Assembly: GCA_043816965.1 (NCBI GenBank)
Contig: JBDRHK010000028.1
Coordinates: 1 to 38,458 of the forward strand
Length of the DNA: 38,458 bases
Source: Candidatus Iainarchaeum sp.
Lineage (GTDB): Archaea > Iainarchaeota > Iainarchaeia > Iainarchaeales > JAFCCJ01
Direction of reading: 5' to 3'
Shown here: positions 26,139 through 36,312 of the stretch, one piece after another
Layout: each line of letters starts with the position of its first letter
Numbering within the stretch: position 1 is the stretch's first letter
Position numbers and translations under genes: made by a program
The notes under the pieces: model-generated
Database searches by the model: none
The model's input: the letters and a program-made list of their open reading frames with translations, nothing else
Told to the model about the DNA's origin: nothing

Positions 26139-27401
26139 ATGGTAAAAGTTAAATTTTTGGGTGCTGCAAGGGAAGTGGGAAGAAGCTGCTTTCTTGTGGA
26201 TTCAGGGGACAAGATAATGCTGGACAATGGGGTTAAATTAACCCCAGGTAACCCTGAATACCCCCTCCCAGTGGATACCAACCTGAATGCCGCAATTGTT
26301 TCCCATGCCCATTTGGACCATTCCGGAAACATCCCACATTTATTCGCAACAGCAAACTGCCTTACATATATGACCCCCCCTACTCTGGATTTGGCGAAAA
26401 TGCTCTGGTTTGATACCTTAAAAATTGCGGGTTTGGAGGGGATAGAGCCTAATTTCACTGAGGAGGAAATCAAAAAGACAGAGAAGCACACTTTTGGAAT
26501 TAATTACAGGAAGAACATAGACATTACTGAAAATTCCTCAATGGAATTCTTTGATGCAGGGCATATTCTTGGGTCGGCAATCACAAAACTGAATTTAAAG
26601 GGCAAAACACTGGTTTACACCGGGGATTTTAAGGCCGAAGAGACAAGGCTGCACGAGGGTGCTGATTTGAAACTGGGGAAGGTGGATTATCTGATGATTG
26701 AGTCAACTTATGGCGACAGAAACCACCCTGACAGGAAGGAATCTGAGAAGATTTTCGCAGAGCATGTGCAGGATACCATTGATGGAGGGGGGCATGCGCT
26801 AATTCCTGCTTTTGCCGTGGGGAGGAGCCAGGAAATTATCGACATTCTGCATGAGTACAACATCAGCGCCAATATTTACTTTGATGGAATGGGGCAAAAG
26901 GCAGCCCGCACTTATCTCAAATACCCGAAATTCCAGAAGGATCCAGCTTTCCTGAAAAAGGCCCTTGACAAAGTGATATGGGTGAAAAATATGAGTGTAA
27001 GGAAGAAGGCACTGAAAGAGCCAAGTGTTATTGTCACAACCGCCGGAATGTTGCAGGGCGGGCCTGTCTATGCCTATCTCCCTGAACTCTACAAGGACAA
27101 GAATTCAAAGATTATGCTCACAGGCTACCAGGTGAAGGAGACCCCTGGAAGGATTCTTCTTGAAACCGGGAAAATTGCACTTAAGGGAAATTTGGTCACC
27201 CCAAAAATGGAACTTGAGAAATATGATTTCTCGGCGCATGCAGATTTGGACGAACTGCTGGACACAATTAAAAAACTCTCCCCTGAAAAGGTGTTATGTG
27301 TCCACGGGGATGAGGAAGTTTCGCAGATTTTCGTGAAAGAGATTGAGGAACTGGGCTTTGACGCGACCGCACCAAAATTAGGCGAGGAAATAGAACTATG
27401 A
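26139..27401 (+). CDS. Beta-CASP metallo-beta-lactamase ribonuclease (aCPSF-like, no KH domains)
   Basis: GAAREVGRSC, SHAHLDH, AGHILGS, ESTYG, FAVGRSQE, SAHAD, VHG. Confidence 0.93.
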   Translation: MVKVKFLGAAREVGRSCFLVDSGDKIMLDNGVKLTPGNPEYPLPVDTNLNAAIVSHAHLDHSGNIPHLFATANCLTYMTPPTLDLAKMLWFDTLKIAGLEGIEPNFTEEEIKKTEKHTFGINYRKNIDITENSSMEFFDAGHILGSAITKLNLKGKTLVYTGDFKAEETRLHEGADLKLGKVDYLMIESTYGDRNHPDRKESEKIFAEHVQDTIDGGGHALIPAFAVGRSQEIIDILHEYNISANIYFDGMGQKAARTYLKYPKFQKDPAFLKKALDKVIWVKNMSVRKKALKEPSVIVTTAGMLQGGPVYAYLPELYKDKNSKIMLTGYQVKETPGRILLETGKIALKGNLVTPKMELEKYDFSAHADLDELLDTIKKLSPEKVLCVHGDEEVSQIFVKEIEELGFDATAPKLGEEIEL

Positions 27402-28225
27402 GCAGATTCATAACCGTTCTGGCAGAATCATTCAAACTCCTCATCAAAAAACCGAAACTTTTTCTGCCGAAGATTCTGGTTTCTTTTTTGAATATGCCAT
27501 TATTCCTTTTTGCACCCTATTACTTAATCGAACTTGAAAAAGTTTTGGTAAATCAAAACCTAGTTTTGGGGGATTTTTTGATTCAAGTTGCATTGCCATT
27601 GTTTGCACTACTGTTTTATACACTATTTATTGATTTAATAGATTTCGTTGTTGTAAATCCGATGTATTCTTTTTTAGTTGATGATTTTTTCAAGGGTAAA
27701 CCAATAAGGCTTTTAGGATCTTTGAAGAATTCAGTTGGCAAAATTATTCTAACATCACTTTCTTTGCTTGCAATTATCATAATATCGATCATTGTCTGGC
27801 TGCCTTTTTTAATTGCATTCATGTTCGCAAGTGCTGCTGGTGACTATCTTCTAATGGGAATATCAGGCATTATTATGGTAATTGAATCTTTTTTGGTTAC
27901 TCTGATTTTTTATTCTGTTTATCCTGTAATTACTCTTGAGAATTTAGGCCTCTTTAAATCTCTCAAATCAATAGTTGGGTTCTCCATGAATTATAAGGCA
28001 GATGTTACCAAAGCAACCGGCATAATGGCCCTTTTCATTTTGCTCAGCATGGTCTTTGGATTTATTATAGAACTATTGGGGACCCCTGAATTTTTAGTGT
28101 CGCAAATAATAGTAATTGTTCTTTTTGTATTTTTCAGGTTTATTCTGGCCTTGGTAATGACTTACAATTATGTCCTCAATCCCGTAGTTTACCTCGAGTA
28201 TGAGAAAAAGATGGTGGTGAAATGA
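27398..28225 (+). CDS. Multi-pass membrane protein
   Basis: About 6 TM segments; translationally coupled on both sides. Confidence 0.8.
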   Translation: MSRFITVLAESFKLLIKKPKLFLPKILVSFLNMPLFLFAPYYLIELEKVLVNQNLVLGDFLIQVALPLFALLFYTLFIDLIDFVVVNPMYSFLVDDFFKGKPIRLLGSLKNSVGKIILTSLSLLAIIIISIIVWLPFLIAFMFASAAGDYLLMGISGIIMVIESFLVTLIFYSVYPVITLENLGLFKSLKSIVGFSMNYKADVTKATGIMALFILLSMVFGFIIELLGTPEFLVSQIIVIVLFVFFRFILALVMTYNYVLNPVVYLEYEKKMVVK

Positions 28226-28926
28226 ACACCAGATTCTGCCCCAAATGCGGCTCTGAAAAGGGGCCTTTTGTAAAGGGTTTTTGCACGGAATGCTTCCTAA
28301 AGGACAATGACCTGGTTAAGATAGATACGGAAATGGAAGTGGAAAGATGCGTGAAATGCGCAAAAATCAACCTGAAAGGGGTTTGGAAAGAGGATTCCGC
28401 GGAAAATATTGAGCAATGGCTGGCGGGAAAGGTGAAACTAAAGGAAATTACCGATGAAAAAATAACCGTAATCCTTGACCCTGAGGAAGGTTATACAAAT
28501 GCAAAAGTAATTATTTCAGGTGAACTAAGGGGGGAAGCCATCAGGCTTGAGAAAGAAATCAAACTGAAATTCAAGGACACCCAGTGCCTGAACTGCTCCA
28601 AACTGAGCGGTGATTATTATGAGGCAATAATCCAGATGAGATTTGATGGGAAGATGGCTGAGGGGAAGGCCGGAGAATTTGAGTCAATGCTTGCGAAAAT
28701 TCTTGGGGAGAGAAGTAAAACCGATGGCCTTGCGACAGTGGTTAATGTAACCCATCTAAAAACAGGGGCAGATTTCCTGATTGGTAGCAAGAAGGCGGCA
28801 AAAAACGCGGCCGAAAAAATCGCTAAAAAATTCAACACAAAAGTGATTAGCTCCTACACCCTTATCGGCGTGGACAAGACAGGAAAAGAAAAGATAAGGC
28901 ACACCCATTGTGTCAGGGTTAAATAG
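28222..28926 (+). CDS. nmd3: NMD3-family ribosome biogenesis protein (short form)
   Basis: FCPKCG...CTEC...CVKC...CLNCSK, YYEAIIQMR. Confidence 0.88.
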   Translation: MNTRFCPKCGSEKGPFVKGFCTECFLKDNDLVKIDTEMEVERCVKCAKINLKGVWKEDSAENIEQWLAGKVKLKEITDEKITVILDPEEGYTNAKVIISGELRGEAIRLEKEIKLKFKDTQCLNCSKLSGDYYEAIIQMRFDGKMAEGKAGEFESMLAKILGERSKTDGLATVVNVTHLKTGADFLIGSKKAAKNAAEKIAKKFNTKVISSYTLIGVDKTGKEKIRHTHCVRVK

Positions 28927-28929
28927 GTT

Positions 28930-29631
28930 TCAGGCTTCAAACTTCTTAAAAATATCAATTATCTCATCAATTGCAGTATTAGTTAACAGCAAAGGAATCT
29001 TCTCGCTTTCCGCAATTTTAACGGCAATAGGGTCAACATTGTCCAAACCATGCAATACAACAATTGAAGGCTTCATATCTGTGGAGAATCTCCCAACCTT
29101 AACTGCAATCATCGGGCTTCTCCCTGTTTCAACCTGCTTGAAAATCAAGGCCCTCTCAGGGGTTTTCCCATACATCTGCATATACTCGTGCACAGGGACA
29201 TCAAGAATAACTTTCAATGAATCAATTATTGAATAGCCGAAAATATTCGCATCCTTTAACTTCCCGGGATTTGCGACGCATTTTGCACTAATCTTCTCGG
29301 CGAAGATTTTACCATTCATAGATTTCCCAAACTCATGGATATCAAAAACATCCTCTTTAGGCTTGAAATCCTTTTCCAGCTGCTTCCTTACCTTCCCGCT
29401 CCTTTTCTTGTCAAGCTCAAGGAGTGCCTCAACCAATCTTCTCACAACACCAATCCCCGGGCTTTTTCTCCTTCCGCCCTCATAATCTGAAATGGTCGAA
29501 CTGCTTACTTTCAGGTATTCTGCAAGCTCTGTCTGGTTAACCCCAAAAATCTCGCGCCATTTCTTCATGCTCCCGCCAGGGTCTTTGGAAAGGGCAATCT
29601 CCCCGGCAATAGTAGTCTCCAATTGATCCAA
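28930..29631 (-). CDS. Conserved archaeal XRE-HTH regulator (COG1709-like)
   Basis: IAGEI, KKWREIF, ISDYEGGRRKSPG, TGRSPMIAVKV; TTG start with GGTGA SD. Confidence 0.88.
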   Translation of the reverse strand: MDQLETTIAGEIALSKDPGGSMKKWREIFGVNQTELAEYLKVSSSTISDYEGGRRKSPGIGVVRRLVEALLELDKKRSGKVRKQLEKDFKPKEDVFDIHEFGKSMNGKIFAEKISAKCVANPGKLKDANIFGYSIIDSLKVILDVPVHEYMQMYGKTPERALIFKQVETGRSPMIAVKVGRFSTDMKPSIVVLHGLDNVDPIAVKIAESEKIPLLLTNTAIDEIIDIFKKFEA

Positions 29632-29771
29632 TTTTTCACCTACAATAAAATGGATTCTTCTCCTTAAAAAGGTTTCGTTGATTGTACGAGGAAGAAATCG
29701 CTGTTTGTGGTTGATCTTCTCGGCACCTAAATATAGAATACTTTATATTGGCATTATTTGTATTTTTAAGT

Positions 29772-30713
29772 ATGGGGGAAGATAAGGGAGCAGAAATTAA
29801 AATCAGGCCAAATAATGCGGGCCCTTTCCATGTTTTTGATGAAAAAACCGGAGAATTTATCGGCAAGGAAGTAAAATATGGGGATGCAACAGAATTACAG
29901 AAAAAATTATTTGAATTGGGAGTTCGGCAGAAGAAAATCCCTGTCAGGGTCACTCTTCGCGGATGTGCGACCGGTCATTCCAATGTGCTGTATGGCCAAT
30001 ACCTCCGCCTGGTTAAGGACTATTTTTTGGACCAATTGCCATTAAATAAATGGATGTCTTATGAGGAAATGTTAAGCAATTTCAAAAACCAATTGGATCG
30101 GGAAATAATAAGGCGAAGTGTCGGCGAGAGACACCACACTATCGGGGTTTTTGTTGATAGGAAGTACGACCTTAAGAAGAAGGTAATTGAATACAGGCTT
30201 ACAGAGTTGACTAAAATAAGAAACAGGATTGAGGAAAACAACCTAAGCCAGGATTATGTTCTGGAAAACTCTCAGGATTTAAAGGAAAAGGAATCGGATA
30301 AAGGCAAATACCTGGACATTACAAACTTAACTGATAAGCTGTTTAAGGCAATTCCTCCTGAACCAGTTTCATATCAAGAAATATTCGGGCATTTAAATGA
30401 CGAGGAAAAGGAATCTGTTCTTGAAACATTGCCATTAAATCCATCATTGCTTGTTTATAGCAGGATAATCTCAAATTTTTCCTTTTCTAAATTCGGAGTC
30501 TTTTTGGATTACTGGTATGATAAAAAACACAAGACATATTACTTCAAGAAGAATTTCACTATCAAATGCCCGGACTGCAGGCAGTCCCTGAACAATTATA
30601 CTTTAGAAGGGACTGATGAAGTCGAAGGAAAGGTTAATTTCATCTGTGAGAACTGCAAAAAACGGCTGATTAAACACATCAATGAAATTGTGGATTCGGA
30701 TGCTAGCAAGTGA
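29772..30713 (+). CDS. Hypothetical protein with C-terminal zinc ribbon
   Basis: CPDC...CENC; long ORF. Confidence 0.7.
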   Translation: MGEDKGAEIKIRPNNAGPFHVFDEKTGEFIGKEVKYGDATELQKKLFELGVRQKKIPVRVTLRGCATGHSNVLYGQYLRLVKDYFLDQLPLNKWMSYEEMLSNFKNQLDREIIRRSVGERHHTIGVFVDRKYDLKKKVIEYRLTELTKIRNRIEENNLSQDYVLENSQDLKEKESDKGKYLDITNLTDKLFKAIPPEPVSYQEIFGHLNDEEKESVLETLPLNPSLLVYSRIISNFSFSKFGVFLDYWYDKKHKTYYFKKNFTIKCPDCRQSLNNYTLEGTDEVEGKVNFICENCKKRLIKHINEIVDSDASK

Positions 30714-30742
30714 ATTTTTGACGGATTTGTTTTTGCCTGCAA

Positions 30743-31414
30743 TTATTTTTTTCGTGCAAAAACAAAAAAAGAATGGTGGTTGTGCCTTTCTTTCCTGTGA
30801 TAACCCGGACCATGGTCTGGGTCTGTGTAACCGTAAGAATCGATTGAAATTATCTTGAATTTCCGCATCAATTTTTCAACATCCGCGCGCATGTAAAACC
30901 TGAGATAAGCGCCGTCCTGCAGGAACTCATTCTCCCCAATCCTTTCTCCCTGCCCGCAGTGCGGGTCATCAGTTGAGGTGAATTCAATCAGTAAAAAACC
31001 GCCTTTTTTCAAAACCCTGTAAAAATTTTCAATTACCTTCCCAGGATTCTCCAGGTGCGCGGTCACAAAATCGCAGGCAACAACATCAAATTCTCCTTCC
31101 TTTAAATCCAACTTTTCAAGGCTCATTTTTTTAAGTCGAACATCTGGGAAGTCACTGCAGTTCTTTTCGCATTTCCGCAGCGCCGAATCAGAAACATCAA
31201 CCCCCGTTACATCAAAGCCCGCCTCCGCAAGCTCAATCAGATTCCTCCCGTCTCCGCAGCCGGCATCCAGCATCTTTATCCTGCCCTGCCTTTTCAGGAA
31301 TTCAAACTTTTCAGTAATGAAAGGGCTGGCGGTTTCCCTCCACACAGAAAGCCGCCCTCCGCGGAAATCATCGTAGACCTTGTCCCACTGGTTCGCAACT
31401 TTTTCCTTATCCAT
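30743..31414 (-). CDS. Class I SAM-dependent methyltransferase
   Basis: LDAGCGDGRN, GVDVS, RVLKKGG; His-rich C-terminus. Confidence 0.9.
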   Translation of the reverse strand: MDKEKVANQWDKVYDDFRGGRLSVWRETASPFITEKFEFLKRQGRIKMLDAGCGDGRNLIELAEAGFDVTGVDVSDSALRKCEKNCSDFPDVRLKKMSLEKLDLKEGEFDVVACDFVTAHLENPGKVIENFYRVLKKGGFLLIEFTSTDDPHCGQGERIGENEFLQDGAYLRFYMRADVEKLMRKFKIISIDSYGYTDPDHGPGYHRKERHNHHSFFVFARKK

Positions 31415-31421
31415 TATGCAT

Positions 31422-32165
31422 TCACTTCCGGTAAACGAATACATAGACTCCACCAATATCATCCCGGTCAGCTGGCCCCATTTTTTTCCTGAATATTTCC
31501 TTCAATCCGGCGTGCCGCATCTCCTCCTCGAACATTTCCATATGCCTTTTCCAGTCCCCGGTTTCATCTACCGCCGATTTAAGGCTGGCAAGTTCAAGCC
31601 CGGCCACTTCCTCATGCCCGTCCTGTATTGCCTGCCATACAATATATCCCTGAAATGTTCTGAGCGCTCTTCGTCGTTCCTCCATATTTGAGAATTTCGG
31701 GATGATTTCCTGCCCGACCACATATATGCCGCCGGGAGCCAAATTTTTCGCGAGGGTTTTCGAAAAATCCAGCCTGGTTCCGAATGACGAGGTGTGGTCA
31801 TGGGCGAAACAGGAGGCGATAATGTCATAATGCCCCTCCTTGCTGTGAAATACTGCGTCGCCCTGAATCAGATTTATCTTTTGTTCACCAAATTTATGGC
31901 CCAAATAGGAGTAACACTCCCCATCAATTTCTAACGCATCTATTATGAGATTTGGGAGTTTCAGGAGTTCTCTCGTGAACAGACCTGTTCCGGCCCCTAA
32001 TTCAAGCAATTTTGACCTTTTGCCGGCACTTGTTTTCCTTATCTGCCCTATCATTTCAGAAACCATTTCCCCGTAGAACGGGTGCGTGGCTTCAGCTTCG
32101 TCGTATGTGCTTATGTCTATGTATTTGGACATTTCCTTGATTTCTTCAGATTTTTTATTGGTCAT
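31422..32165 (-). CDS. Class I SAM-dependent methyltransferase
   Basis: LELGAGTG, ALEID, QGDA, LAPGG. Confidence 0.9.
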   Translation of the reverse strand: MTNKKSEEIKEMSKYIDISTYDEAEATHPFYGEMVSEMIGQIRKTSAGKRSKLLELGAGTGLFTRELLKLPNLIIDALEIDGECYSYLGHKFGEQKINLIQGDAVFHSKEGHYDIIASCFAHDHTSSFGTRLDFSKTLAKNLAPGGIYVVGQEIIPKFSNMEERRRALRTFQGYIVWQAIQDGHEEVAGLELASLKSAVDETGDWKRHMEMFEEEMRHAGLKEIFRKKMGPADRDDIGGVYVFVYRK

Positions 32166-33186
32166 TTTGCTTCCTCCTTGTCAGTGGTTGCATTGTCATA
32201 GTTACCTGATTTTCATATGTGCCTTCCCTGAACGCCTTAATTACCTGCCTGGCAACAGCGGCAGAAATATTTCTCTGTGCCCGTGAGCTATAACCTGCTA
32301 TGTGTGGAGTCACAACCACATTCTCAATCTCCAGAATCCTGCTGCCGAAAGGTGGCTCTTCCAAAAAAACATCCAGCGCCGCCCCGGCAACTTTTCCTTT
32401 TTTCAGGGCTGCATAAAGGGCATTTTCATCAATAATTCCGCCTCTTGCGGTGTTAACCAGCAAGGTTCCGGCCTTCATTTTATTGATTTCCCTCTCCCCA
32501 ATCATTCCTTTTGTTTCCTCGGTAAGGGGCGTATGCAGGGTTATTATGTCTGCCCTCCTGAGAAGTTCATCCAACCCCTCAAGAAGTTCCACGCCGGCAT
32601 TTTTTGTCTTTTCTTCCGGTATGTAGGGGTCATAAGTTACAATCACCATCCCAAATGCTTTTGCCCTTTCTGCAACCTTTGACCCGATTCTGCCGAAGCC
32701 GATTATTCCCAGGGTTTTTCCGTAAAGCTCCTCGCCGATGAATTTCTTCCTGCCCCAGTTTTTCCCCCTGAGTGAATTGTTGGCTGACGGGATTTTCCTG
32801 ATTGCCGCGAGAATAATCCCTATTGCATGCTCGGCAACAGCAATCGTGCTTTCAGCGGGAACGTTCATTACCACAATTCCTTTTTCAGTTGCAGCACCGA
32901 CATCTATATTGTCAAACCCCACCCCAGCCCTTGCAACTAGCTTAAGCCTGTTTCCGGATTCAAGTATTTTTCGCGTAACTGGGGTGGTGTTGCGCGTTAT
33001 AATGGCATTGAAGCCTTTTACCTCTTCCGAAATCTCGGCTTCTGAAAGGTTTTTCCTTTCTACAACATCAAACCCCTCTTTTCTCAGGAGTTCGATGTCC
33101 TTTTTTTCCATGCTGTCAGTTAACAGAATCCTTTGCAATGTCATGCCTATTCTGCCGAATCCACTGATGCCCATCTTTGTCGTCAT
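32155..33186 (-). CDS. serA: D-3-phosphoglycerate dehydrogenase-like D-2-hydroxyacid dehydrogenase (no ACT domain)
   Basis: ARAGVGFDNID, GIIGFGRIG, NTARGG, LDVFLEEP, TPHIAG; GAGGTG SD before ATG 33186. Confidence 0.8.
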   Translation of the reverse strand: MTTKMGISGFGRIGMTLQRILLTDSMEKKDIELLRKEGFDVVERKNLSEAEISEEVKGFNAIITRNTTPVTRKILESGNRLKLVARAGVGFDNIDVGAATEKGIVVMNVPAESTIAVAEHAIGIILAAIRKIPSANNSLRGKNWGRKKFIGEELYGKTLGIIGFGRIGSKVAERAKAFGMVIVTYDPYIPEEKTKNAGVELLEGLDELLRRADIITLHTPLTEETKGMIGEREINKMKAGTLLVNTARGGIIDENALYAALKKGKVAGAALDVFLEEPPFGSRILEIENVVVTPHIAGYSSRAQRNISAAVARQVIKAFREGTYENQVTMTMQPLTRRKQNDQ

Positions 33187-33300
33187 TGCCCCACCTCGGC
33201 GTGCCCATATAAATACCCTGTTTTGCAAATATTTAATACTTTAAATCATATTTTTTTACAAAACGCAATATTTATATAAAATAGTGCACATAGTTAAAAT

Positions 33301-34275
33301 ATGGCTGAAAAACTTAAACTTACGGATAAGAAGATAATTTACGCCCTTGATTTCGATGCCAGGATGCCGGTTTCCAAGCTTGCCAAGGAAGTGGGCATTT
33401 CAAAGCAGGTCGCAAAATACCGGATTGAAAATCTTGTGAAAAGAAAAGTAATCACTGGTTTTTACACAGACATAAATGCTTCAAAAATCGGCCTTGGAAT
33501 CTACATGGTTTACTTTAAGTTCCACCATATGTCTCCGGAAATCGAGAAGAAATTCATAAAGCACATGTGTTCGCAGGAAGGGGTGGGAGTGAACATTTCA
33601 GTGAATGGTAAATGGGATTACACAATTGACCTTTGGGCACCCAGCATTATGCATTTCAAGAGAAATTATCAGGCGATAATGAAAGATTATGAGAGATATG
33701 TGAAAAGCAAGCAAGTTGTAATTGAGACCGATTTCTATTACACAAAACCAACACCAATTTTGGATAAGAAATCAGAAAGAAGAATAGTAATGACAGGGGA
33801 TATTGAGAGGGTTGAACTGGATTCTGCAGATAAGCAAATTCTGAAACATCTTTCAAAGAACTGCAGGATTTCGCTGGCGGAACTCGGCAATCAAATAGGC
33901 CTCACCCCAAATGCGGTTAAAAGCAGGGTAAAGAGGTTGGAGAGAGAGAATATAATCCTCGGCTACAGGGTTTTTATTAACTACCAACTTCTAGGATTTC
34001 TGCACTACCGAGTTTTCCTTCACCTGGAAAATTTGACTGAGGAAGTGGAAAAGAAGATAATTGATTTCCTCCTGGCCAGAAAGCAGGTAGTTTCCATCAC
34101 CAAAACAATTGGTTACTGCGAACTGGAATGCAGGGCGATTGTTGAGAATACGGATGAATTCTACGAACTTATGAATTCCCTGAGAAACGAATTCCCAAAT
34201 TCCATAAAGGAGTATGAGCCAATAATATATCACAAAATGCACGGCGCATGGAATTACTATCCGTTTTCTGAATAA
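33301..34275 (+). CDS. Tandem (double) Lrp/AsnC transcriptional regulator
   Basis: Two HTH units: DKKII..DARMPVSKLAK and DKQIL..NCRISLAELG. Confidence 0.92.
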   Translation: MAEKLKLTDKKIIYALDFDARMPVSKLAKEVGISKQVAKYRIENLVKRKVITGFYTDINASKIGLGIYMVYFKFHHMSPEIEKKFIKHMCSQEGVGVNISVNGKWDYTIDLWAPSIMHFKRNYQAIMKDYERYVKSKQVVIETDFYYTKPTPILDKKSERRIVMTGDIERVELDSADKQILKHLSKNCRISLAELGNQIGLTPNAVKSRVKRLERENIILGYRVFINYQLLGFLHYRVFLHLENLTEEVEKKIIDFLLARKQVVSITKTIGYCELECRAIVENTDEFYELMNSLRNEFPNSIKEYEPIIYHKMHGAWNYYPFSE

Positions 34276-34285
34276 AGTTCGCGGC

Positions 34286-34792
34286 TTAAAGCACTTTCCT
34301 GTACATCGGTATGCCCATGCATTTTCCCTGATTGAACATGGTGCAGCTTTCACATGTGCCGACCTTTTCAAAACCCCTCTTTTCCCATAGGCCCGGCTGT
34401 TTTTTTCCCTCGGCCGCGACATACAAAATTTTCCTCCCCTCCCTTCTCGCCCTTTCAATGACCGCTGCAAAAAGCCTTGAATTCACCTTTTTGTTTCGGT
34501 GACCGGGAACGGTGAAGGCGCTTGAAAGGAAGGTCGCCATTACTCTCTTCTTATTGCCGCCTGCATCAACATAGATTATTTCTGCCTCAGGCACCATGCG
34601 GTGTATCCCAACAACATTTCCCTTTCTGACCGCAACCATGAACTGGCCGTGGTTTTCCTTTGCATGCCTTATGTGGTCCTCGGGGGCTGGCTCTTTGTAA
34701 AGTTCGGCATGCGACATATTGAGAAGGCGGGTTAATTGAGGAGCATCCTTTTCCTTTGCCGGTCTGATCTTGATTTCTGGGAGTTTTTTCAT
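34286..34792 (-). CDS. GNAT acetyltransferase
   Basis: IRPAKEKD, TVPGHRNKKV, LWEKRGF. Confidence 0.85.
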   Translation of the reverse strand: MKKLPEIKIRPAKEKDAPQLTRLLNMSHAELYKEPAPEDHIRHAKENHGQFMVAVRKGNVVGIHRMVPEAEIIYVDAGGNKKRVMATFLSSAFTVPGHRNKKVNSRLFAAVIERARREGRKILYVAAEGKKQPGLWEKRGFEKVGTCESCTMFNQGKCMGIPMYRKVL

Positions 34793-34851
34793 ATAGCCAA
34801 TTATGCTGGCTGGTTAATTTATACTTTTGGGTTCGGTAAAAAAAGAGAAAG

Positions 34852-34991
34852 CGGACGAGGGCGGATTTGAACCGCCGACCTACTGCTGTCGACCCCTTCT
34901 CATAAATCTGCGAAAAGGGTTAGGAGGCTTGCAAGAAGCATAGAATGAACTACTGCCTCTAGTTGCCCTATCCAGACTAGGCTACCCGTCC
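34852..34991 (-). tRNA. tRNA-Arg(CCT) with two introns (29/30 and 37/38)
   Basis: Acceptor GGACGGG/CTCGTCC; T-arm GGCGG-TTCAAAT-CCGCC; anticodon arm ACTGC-CTCCTAA-GCAGT after removing 34929-34960 and 34888-34920. Confidence 0.9.
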
Positions 34992-35019
34992 ATTAAGAAA
35001 TAATTACCCTAAATGAAGT

Positions 35020-35580
35020 TTATAAAAGAATTGTTAGCACAATTGCGGCAACAATTGGAATACTCACATTATCGTCAATAGGGAGCATTTCTGATGCCAT
35101 CCCGAAGATTGCCGCCCAAAGCGCGGGAACCAAATCAAAGATTCCTGCCAGCAAAAGAAAGGAAACAATCATTCCGCCAATAGTTCCCTCCAAAGTAAGG
35201 CCGCCGATTGTCTTTATTTTTCCAATCGCCTTCCCGATAAGGGTTGAGGCGCCGTCACCATAAACCGCAACAACCAAAGCGCCTATTATAACATTCAAAT
35301 CCTGGAAAAATGCCATGGTTAAAATAATCCCTGAGAAGAACATAAGGGCGCCAATCGCGGGAAAGCTCTTCTCCTTTTCCCTTCCGGCAACCTTAACCAA
35401 ATCAGAGGCGATTGGAATCTTATAGCCCCACTTCAGCAGGATTGAAATTATCAGGCCAATTAGGAAAATAAGCGATGCCAAAAGCAATGCATTGGTTCTC
35501 CCCAAAAAAAGCACAAACCAAATTACCGCGCTCCCTGCGATAACATGAATCAGCTGCCTTCTCAGTTCTGTCCCCTCCAA
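35020..35580 (-). CDS. Dolichol/phytol kinase (SEC59/DGK1/VTE5) family membrane protein
   Basis: ELRRQLIH, GDGASTLIG, TLEG, IDDNVSIP. Confidence 0.85.
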   Translation of the reverse strand: MEGTELRRQLIHVIAGSAVIWFVLFLGRTNALLLASLIFLIGLIISILLKWGYKIPIASDLVKVAGREKEKSFPAIGALMFFSGIILTMAFFQDLNVIIGALVVAVYGDGASTLIGKAIGKIKTIGGLTLEGTIGGMIVSFLLLAGIFDLVPALWAAIFGMASEMLPIDDNVSIPIVAAIVLTILL

Positions 35581-36312
35581 TCAAATCCCCTTCCTAATCA
35601 AATTCACGCATTGCTTAAGGTTTCTATTATTGTTAAAGCCCTTAATAATCCTTCTCAATTCAGGATTTTTCTTTTTTTTCAATTTCCTAATTTCTTTTGT
35701 GAGCAAAGAGACAGCCCTTGTACAATTATCCACAATTGAAATATTCGCCTTTTTCGCCGTCCTGCTCAAGGGATTCAAATCAATGGCAACAACTTTCTTC
35801 CCGTTCCTGCGCAATGCCTCAGTCCTGTCCCCGTCCTCCAGCATAACAAGAACAGCATCTGATTTCCAAATCCCTTTTGAATCAACCATCGCCCTCTTTG
35901 ATTCCAGCCCTTTTAATTTCTTCCGCGCATCCACACCTAAAATCTTAACCCCCAATTTCCGGAATTCCTTCTCAATTAGTTTTTCCCTTTTCCGCGAGCG
36001 GTAGAATAAATTCACTTCAATAGGGCAAGATAATGCTTTAGAAAGTGCAACAATTTCCTTACCGCACAAAACAGTTGTATTTCCGTTAACAGAAATAACC
36101 GGAAAATCAGAAAGCAGAAATAATGCTGCAGCGGCACTTATCGCTCCCCGTGCGGGAGCAACAGTCCTCTCCCCCAAAAGATAATCAAAGGCCTCGCCTC
36201 TCCCCTGGGCAACCATTCCTGTAGGGGTCACAATCCCCATCTTCATCCCCTCTTCAATTTTATGCCTTTCAATAAGTGATTTTGAGCGGGGATGTTTTTT
36301 TGGAATTTTCAT
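35581..36312 (-). CDS. Archaeal phosphopantothenate synthetase
   Basis: HPR..SL, GRGEAFDYLLGE, ISVNGN, LEDGDR, IDLNPLSRT. Confidence 0.93.
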   Translation of the reverse strand: MKIPKKHPRSKSLIERHKIEEGMKMGIVTPTGMVAQGRGEAFDYLLGERTVAPARGAISAAAALFLLSDFPVISVNGNTTVLCGKEIVALSKALSCPIEVNLFYRSRKREKLIEKEFRKLGVKILGVDARKKLKGLESKRAMVDSKGIWKSDAVLVMLEDGDRTEALRRNGKKVVAIDLNPLSRTAKKANISIVDNCTRAVSLLTKEIRKLKKKKNPELRRIIKGFNNNRNLKQCVNLIRKGI

